Part shown: positions 58,056 through 64,000 of the stretch, in pieces | How the letters are laid out: every line of letters begins with the position of its first letter | How positions within the stretch are numbered: position 1 is the stretch's first letter | Source: an uncultured bacterium | GTDB taxonomy: Bacteria; Verrucomicrobiota; Kiritimatiellia; CAIKKV01; CAITUY01 | Assembly: GCA_903908715.1 (NCBI GenBank) | Contig: CAIVSY010000053.1 | Coordinates: 1,943-65,942 of the forward strand | Reading direction: 5' to 3' | DNA: 64,000 bases | Notes under the pieces: generated by a model | The model's database searches: none | What the model was told of the DNA's origin: nothing | Seen by the model: the letters and a program-made list of their open reading frames with translations, nothing else | Translations under genes and position numbers: made by a program

Positions 58056-58153
58056 TGCCAATCTCCAATAACCAATCTCGAATCTCTCACATCATACACG
58101 CGCCAATTGCCACGCCTTAATATCTTCGAAACGCTTGATCCCCATATTCCCTC

Positions 58154-58669
58154 TCATTTCAGAATCAACTTCACAATCGGGTTGCTCCACGCTCTTTCGG
58201 CCTTGCTCTGAAATGCCTTTAACCGGGCAACCCTGTCCTTGAGAAAATCATGATTCGTGTTCAGGTCTGCAGTCTTCGGCCTCCGGTCTCCAGTCTGGAT
58301 GCCGGCCATTAATTCAGTCTCGGCCTCCTCCAGCGCCTGCGCCAATGCGGCCAGGCGCTTGCCCATGAGGTCGGAGAGGATGCTGCGGATGATACTGCCG
58401 AAGTAATCGTTGGCGATGTAGTAGTCCTTGCGGTCACCCTTGACCCAGACCCGCTTGACCGCACCCCATTGCTCCAATTGACGCACTCCCATGCTGGCGG
58501 AACCCTTGCTGATCCCCAGCGCCTCTTTCATGTCATCCAGGGTGCGCGGCGGCTCGCTGAAATACAGGTAGGCATAGATCTGCCCCACCACGCGGCCCAC
58601 CCCCAGCGCCTGGGTGGTGTTGCCCGCTTCCTCGACAAAACGCCTGACTACCGGCTCATCCATACGCAA
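58154..58669 (-). CDS. GbsR/MarR-type transcriptional regulator
   Basis: GQIYAYLY, TLDDM..LGISKGSASM, GDRKDYY. Confidence 0.88.
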   Translation of the reverse strand: MRMDEPVVRRFVEEAGNTTQALGVGRVVGQIYAYLYFSEPPRTLDDMKEALGISKGSASMGVRQLEQWGAVKRVWVKGDRKDYYIANDYFGSIIRSILSDLMGKRLAALAQALEEAETELMAGIQTGDRRPKTADLNTNHDFLKDRVARLKAFQSKAERAWSNPIVKLILK

Positions 58670-58720
58670 AGTTAATCAGAACAGAATATTGGGTCTCACG
58701 CGAAATTGCCGGGTGCAGTT

Positions 58721-58940
58721 CCCCTCACCTCAATCCTCCGAGGCTCGCCGTAGCGCTTGCGCGGAGGCGGCTCCCACAAGGGCAGAGGAAGTGCCAGCGA
58801 CCCCGCCTATGCCGTCACCAAAAGGTGATGCCGTCGGAACGAACCAGAATTCCCTCTCCCTTGACGGGAGAGGGTCAGGGTGAGGGTGTTTTGAATTGGA
58901 TCGTTCTGCCTAAGGACCTCAAGTGAGTGGCATCATTCAC
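58721..58940 (+). mobile_element. Intergenic hairpin/MITE-like element, with a second small palindrome nested in its left end
   Basis: CCCTCACC at the left end and CCCTCTCCCTTGACGGGAGAGGGTCAGGGTGAGGG at the right; homologous to 1365-1550. Confidence 0.7.
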
Positions 58941-59178
58941 CGCAGACACAAAATGAATCACTTCAACCGGCTGAAATGAATCCAGCCACGCTCCCGCCCC
59001 GTCCATTATGCAACACCCGGCTGGATGCAAATGGATCGTTCAATATGAATTGAATTTTGCTGGATTTTCGCAAAAGAATCAAGGTCCTTTATTCAACATA
59101 TGGCAAGATTCCACCAGAAGCCTGCGACAACCAAATTTCATCTCTTCCGCAACGGCCACCCTATGTTAATATGCCGAA

Positions 59179-60024
59179 GTGAATCGCCGCTTCGTTCCAT
59201 GGGTTTTCACTGCTTGCGCGCTTCTGGCAGCTATCTGGATGCTGCTCGCCTATAGCTCAAGGCAACCTTTCAAGGCTTTCACCCTTTCCGCTAATCATTT
59301 CCGCACACTGACGCCAAGCATACCTGGCTGGAAAATCGAATCACTCCCCATCCAGACCCCGGATCCTGCTGAACCGAATATTGTCACATACCTCGTGACT
59401 GTACCACCCTCTCCAGCAAGCTTGCCTAAACCCGCTGTCCTCCCTGTATCCCACCAGCATTTTCAGGTCAGGCTGGTCCATGGCTATAACATGCCCATGT
59501 GCATGAAAATCAAAGGTTATTCGGTGGAGCCAGTCAGTGACTCGATGCAACCTGCCCCTGACGGACAGTCGTCAAACTACAGAATCCAAACCTGGAAATT
59601 GACCTCGGATGCAGGGGAAGTCTCCTATTGGCTCACAACCATGATACAGGCGGATGACTTCAGCCCCTCAGGTCAGGATATCTGCCGCATGGCCTTTCCC
59701 CGCGTGGATATTCCCGATGACCCGAATTGGACACCTGACGGGATCAGCATGGAGGACCTGCGACATCCCTTGCAAGCCATGCACCGATGGTACCGCACCC
59801 GATGGAATGCGGCACGAATGGACCTGTTGACTTTCCTGCGGCTCAAACAGCCGGCATGGGCAAGCCATGAACAACTTAGCTATGTGACACGGGATTTTCC
59901 CGCCAAGGACGACAATCCGGATCCGGCCAGACGAATCGCCGAACTGCAAATGGTACACATTCGGATGCTTGCGTTATTCCAGGACTGGCGCCGGACGCAG
60001 GCATCACACCAAAGCAGGCAATAA
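59179..60024 (+). CDS. Exported protein, possibly exosortase-associated EpsI-like
   Basis: N-terminal TM segment, IPGW, H....C....GY motif; sits in an EPS locus. Confidence 0.5.
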   Translation: MNRRFVPWVFTACALLAAIWMLLAYSSRQPFKAFTLSANHFRTLTPSIPGWKIESLPIQTPDPAEPNIVTYLVTVPPSPASLPKPAVLPVSHQHFQVRLVHGYNMPMCMKIKGYSVEPVSDSMQPAPDGQSSNYRIQTWKLTSDAGEVSYWLTTMIQADDFSPSGQDICRMAFPRVDIPDDPNWTPDGISMEDLRHPLQAMHRWYRTRWNAARMDLLTFLRLKQPAWASHEQLSYVTRDFPAKDDNPDPARRIAELQMVHIRMLALFQDWRRTQASHQSRQ

Positions 60025-60159
60025 CCAGGGGACTTCCATCCGGCACCAAGATACCCCTCCATTCCCTCCCGCTTCAGGCGAAAGAACGGAGGACGCTCAT
60101 AAGAACTGTTCGGAATCCTGATTCCTTCTCAACCCACACGCCGTGTCGGCCTGTCTCCC

Positions 60160-61584
60160 CTACTTCATTTCCCGTTCCAAACCGAAAACCACAATCCGCA
60201 ATGTGCGCAGGATAATTCGCAAATCAAGTCCGATGGAGAGGTTCTGCAGATAATAGAGGTCGAATTCCAGCTTGGCCCTCGCATCATCCGTGGTGGCACC
60301 ATAAGGATACCGGATCTGCGCCCAACCGGTAAGGCCGGGCAACAAATTCTCCCGCTCCCGGTAGTAGGGAATCTCACGGGCCAGCTTCTCGACAATCTCC
60401 GGACGCTCCGGACGCGGCCCGACCAGGCTCATCTCACCACGCCATACATTGATCAACTGCGGCAACTCATCCAGCCGGTATTTGCGGAAGAACCGCCCCA
60501 CCCATGTAATCCGCGGGTCATTGTCCGACGCCCAGACCGCACCGGTATCCGCCTCGGCACCGGGCCGCATGGTCCGGAACTTATAGATCCGGAAAATCAC
60601 ACCAAACCGGCCCACCCGCTCCTGCATGTATAATACCGGATGCCGCGGGCCCGTTACCTTGATCAGCAGGACTACTAACCCCGCCACCAGCAATGCCAAT
60701 ACTCCAAAAAGAAGAATGATTACAAGATCCATGAGCCGCTTGAAACGCAAAGCCACCGGCGTGGCAAACCCCTGACTGGCATGCATCAGCCAGTGCTCAT
60801 CCACCAGACGCAAAGGCACCCGGCCTCCATACGCCTCCGCCACCTCAAGCGGCGTAAGCACGGATACCCCCTCAAACCGCAAACGGCGTAACTGCGGGTA
60901 AATCCCGGCCAGATCGGCTTCCCGGTCTACCCCAAGCATGACCACATCTGCACCCATCGCCCGGATCGTGGATGCCACGTGCGCCATTCCGCATTCAATA
61001 ACCGCCACATCCTCCTGCTCGTCCCGCACAATGCTTCGGCCATTCCCCACCCCGTCGACAACCAGCATGCCGACAACCCTGTGAACCGGCCTAAGGTCCG
61101 GCGACCGCACCATGCGGAGAAAATCGCGGGCGGTATTCCCCACTCCCAGTATCACCACTCGATAGCCGAATGATTCCCTGGCAAAAACACGCTGATAGAT
61201 GATCAACCGCAGGGACAGCCAGAAAATCGAGTAGATCAGGATGGTGTAACCAAGCACACCACGGCCGATCGCCAAGTGCAGCCATGCATAGGAAGTGGCC
61301 CCCACAAGCGCTGTAGCCATCAGGATGGAGAACAGCCAATTGACCACCATGTTGAAGCGGGAAAGGCGCAATTCCATGCCGTACGCGCCGGACACATAGT
61401 TGGCCACAACAATGGTCAAGGAGAAATACAACCAGATAGAGACGTTATCGGCCACGTATCCGCCGATTTCCGTCGACCCCAATCGAAGCCAGACGCCGCC
61501 CAGAATCCCGAAGACCAGGCACAACAAATCCAACGCAGCCATCCAGAGGATCTGCTGCTGCAGGTAGCTTCGATGTGTAGCCAT
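60160..61584 (-). CDS. Polyprenyl-phosphate glycosylphosphotransferase (priming sugar transferase)
   Basis: KRLMD, QERVG, KFRTM, DPRIT, RLDELPQ, GEMSLVGPRPE, PGLTGWAQ. Confidence 0.95.
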   Translation of the reverse strand: MATHRSYLQQQILWMAALDLLCLVFGILGGVWLRLGSTEIGGYVADNVSIWLYFSLTIVVANYVSGAYGMELRLSRFNMVVNWLFSILMATALVGATSYAWLHLAIGRGVLGYTILIYSIFWLSLRLIIYQRVFARESFGYRVVILGVGNTARDFLRMVRSPDLRPVHRVVGMLVVDGVGNGRSIVRDEQEDVAVIECGMAHVASTIRAMGADVVMLGVDREADLAGIYPQLRRLRFEGVSVLTPLEVAEAYGGRVPLRLVDEHWLMHASQGFATPVALRFKRLMDLVIILLFGVLALLVAGLVVLLIKVTGPRHPVLYMQERVGRFGVIFRIYKFRTMRPGAEADTGAVWASDNDPRITWVGRFFRKYRLDELPQLINVWRGEMSLVGPRPERPEIVEKLAREIPYYRERENLLPGLTGWAQIRYPYGATTDDARAKLEFDLYYLQNLSIGLDLRIILRTLRIVVFGLEREMK

Positions 61585-61817
61585 AAAGGAACAAGACGCT
61601 AGAAGTTTAACATCCCGTAATCCACTTGATCCCTACTGCAATTTTGTTCCACTTCAAGAACCGTCTCTACTGTTGTCCTTCTTCGAGCACTCCGCGACTT
61701 CGCGCGAAAATCATGCATTCCTGTCCCGGAAAAAGACGAATAAATCACTTTGTCTCACGCGAAGACGCGAAGAACGCGAATATTCCCCCATTAACCATCA
61801 ACCACTCCGCCTGCCCC

Positions 61818-64000
61818 TCACTCCGCCGGAGTAAAGGTGTGCCGGAACCAGCGGCCGACAGACCGGCGCCATTGAGTGAATGGACCGATCGTTTTCCGCC
61901 GCCCGTGCGCATCATAGAGATCGTAATTGTAGCCGTACCGGTACGCATAACTGTAGTACGCATAGTTCGGATACTGATACGCATAATACAAACTGCTGAT
62001 CCGGTGCATCTCGATGCTGTTGACGATCATCCCGATGACGTGCGCATCACCCAGCATGTCGAGCGAGTATTTGATGACCGGCTTGGACGTACGATTGGCA
62101 TGGGCAACATAAATCACACAGGCCAGCGCGCAACCACCCAGAATGACCGTATCCGTCACGCGCAGGACCGGCGCCGTATCGAGGATCACGTAATCGTAGT
62201 CGTTAACCACTTCCCCAAGAAAACTATCCAGTTCCACCGAGTGCAGAAGTTCCGACGTATTGCGGTCGACCGTTCCCGCCGCCACAAACCAGAGGTTCCC
62301 GTGCATCGTCTTGCGGACCACGGAACTCAAGGGCTGCCTGTCGCGAAGGACATCGATAAGGCCTGGAGTCCGCTCCTGCTCGAAGGATTTGTGCAGGACT
62401 CCGCGCCGCAGGTCCATATCCAGGAGGAGTACCCTCTTCCCCGCCTTGGCAATCATGATCGAGAGGTTCAAGGCAGTCAGCGTCTTGCCTTCCTTGGAGT
62501 CGGCGCTGGTGATGATCACCACTTTCTTGCCGGCTTTCTCCACAGCCCCCATTACATTGGTTCGCAAGGCACGATATGCCTCCGCGGCACCCGACCGGTG
62601 CTCATCGCTGACAATCGGGCGGATGCGGCTGACCAGGTCACTGTGCACCCAGAACGGCACCCCCCCAAGGAACGGAACCCCGATCGTCTCCTCCACGTCT
62701 GTCATCGACTGCACCTTGTCGTCAAAGAAGAACGCCAACAACGCAAGCCCGAGCCCTGATCCAATTCCAGCAACCAATACGGTCACCATGATCTTGAAGG
62801 GATCCGGCCATGCCGGCTTCGGATTCGTGCGTACCGGACGCAAGACGGAGAAATATTCAGCCTTGATCTCCTGCTCGACCCGGATGTCATTCAACTTCTG
62901 GAACAGTGCGGCATACATCCCATCCAGCCGCGCAACCGCCATCTGCAGGTGACGGAAGTCCGCACCCTTCTTGCTGGCCATTAGATAGGAATTGCGCCAC
63001 CGTCGCTGAGCCTCATCCAAGGCCTCAAGTTGCATATCAATCGCCGTTGTCCGATCCTTGACCTTGGTGTATTCCAATTCGGCGAACAGGCCCAACTCCT
63101 TGCGAAGCTGGGCGATGTCATCATCCATGGACCTGAGCTTCGGGTTCTCCGGCTGCATGAATGCAGCGCTCTCCTTGCGCTGCTGCTCCAGCCTCGACAA
63201 CTTCAGACGCAAATCCTGCCACCGTGATTCCGAACCATCCGTGAACGCAGGCTCCACCATGGTCGACACCGGAAAATTGGTCCCTCCCGCCGCCACCACA
63301 GCCTTATCCGCACCCCCCACAAGGCCAGTCTCCCGCGTCATGGCTAAGACGCTGTTCACCATCTCGGCGCTCTGCCCCTTGAGCTTGGGATATTGCACCT
63401 CGAGCATCCATTTCTCTGTACTCAACTGCTGCTGCCGGCCAACCAGCATGTTTAAATAACCCAGTTCCAGTTGCCCCTTGGCCTGCACATACTCCATCTG
63501 GTTCACGCGCTGGAATTCAATCACCTCATCCTCTGCCGCACGGATCTGCTCCTTCAGGCGTGCCAACTCCTCTTCCAGAATTCCCGCCGCGGACCGATAG
63601 GACTCCGACTTGACCAGCTCCCGCTGCCGCTTGAACTCCCTGATGACTTTCGCAAGAAAAGCCCGGGCATAAGCAGGATGCGTGTTGCGAACATTCAGAG
63701 CCAAGGTGATGCCCGCCCCCCCAACACGTTCAACCCTGAAAGCAGGGTTTAACTGTCGCACATCCCCACCAAGCCTGACCAGCCACCGCGGAGCCAACTC
63801 CTCAACCACGCGGGCCACAAACTGCTCATTGTTGATCAGCGAGATATGAGTCTGGCTCTGCTCCCAATGATAACTCTGCGACTGGATCTGGGTACTCGGA
63901 TCACGATATATCATGATCTGGGTGCTGGTGTCGTACTCCTTGGGCGCGAAATTCAAATAAATCACACCCCCCAGCATGCAATAGAGAAAACAGATGACAA
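61818..64000 (-). CDS. wzc: Polysaccharide co-polymerase/tyrosine autokinase, 5' end beyond the window
   Basis: Periplasmic coiled coil, TM segment, EAYRALRTN, EGKT, DMDLR, DTAP, C-terminal Tyr cluster. Confidence 0.93.
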   Translation of the reverse strand, partial: VICFLYCMLGGVIYLNFAPKEYDTSTQIMIYRDPSTQIQSQSYHWEQSQTHISLINNEQFVARVVEELAPRWLVRLGGDVRQLNPAFRVERVGGAGITLALNVRNTHPAYARAFLAKVIREFKRQRELVKSESYRSAAGILEEELARLKEQIRAAEDEVIEFQRVNQMEYVQAKGQLELGYLNMLVGRQQQLSTEKWMLEVQYPKLKGQSAEMVNSVLAMTRETGLVGGADKAVVAAGGTNFPVSTMVEPAFTDGSESRWQDLRLKLSRLEQQRKESAAFMQPENPKLRSMDDDIAQLRKELGLFAELEYTKVKDRTTAIDMQLEALDEAQRRWRNSYLMASKKGADFRHLQMAVARLDGMYAALFQKLNDIRVEQEIKAEYFSVLRPVRTNPKPAWPDPFKIMVTVLVAGIGSGLGLALLAFFFDDKVQSMTDVEETIGVPFLGGVPFWVHSDLVSRIRPIVSDEHRSGAAEAYRALRTNVMGAVEKAGKKVVIITSADSKEGKTLTALNLSIMIAKAGKRVLLLDMDLRRGVLHKSFEQERTPGLIDVLRDRQPLSSVVRKTMHGNLWFVAAGTVDRNTSELLHSVELDSFLGEVVNDYDYVILDTAPVLRVTDTVILGGCALACVIYVAHANRTSKPVIKYSLDMLGDAHVIGMIVNSIEMHRISSLYYAYQYPNYAYYSYAYRYGYNYDLYDAHGRRKTIGPFTQWRRSVGRWFRHTFTPAE

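Noticed and set aside
58940-59178. Promoters or an ops/JUMPstart element in the divergent intergenic region
   Set aside because: AT-rich and plausible, but no motif could be assigned with confidence.

Overview
A 64 kb segment of a very large surface-glycan (EPS/capsule/glycoprotein-glycan) locus, almost entirely on the minus strand. It runs from a Wzc autokinase and priming glycosyltransferase, through a Wzy/ligase-like polymerase and a Wzm/Wzt ABC exporter, to about 18 glycosyltransferases, about 12 SAM methyltransferases, sugar-nucleotide enzymes and a ~3,860-aa secreted LamG/Ig/coiled-coil protein. A PVC-superphylum host is only a guess. The most unusual layer is not the gene content. (1) Each of three four-helix-bundle (IVS/Avd-like) genes is bracketed by 22-24 bp imperfect inverted repeats built from its own 7-bp unit, and the same heptamer families recur without the gene across the locus, often as in-frame, self-complementary inserts inside glycosyltransferases. 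(2) REP-like palindromes and MITE-like elements also sit in-frame inside enzymes, including inside the resident RAYT transposase. (3) One GT-B glycosyltransferase appears split into two genes in inverted domain order. (4) The giant protein is saturated with Thr/Ser-Asn dipeptides. All product calls come from motif recognition by eye; no database searches were run. Several start codons were moved downstream of the supplied ORF track.
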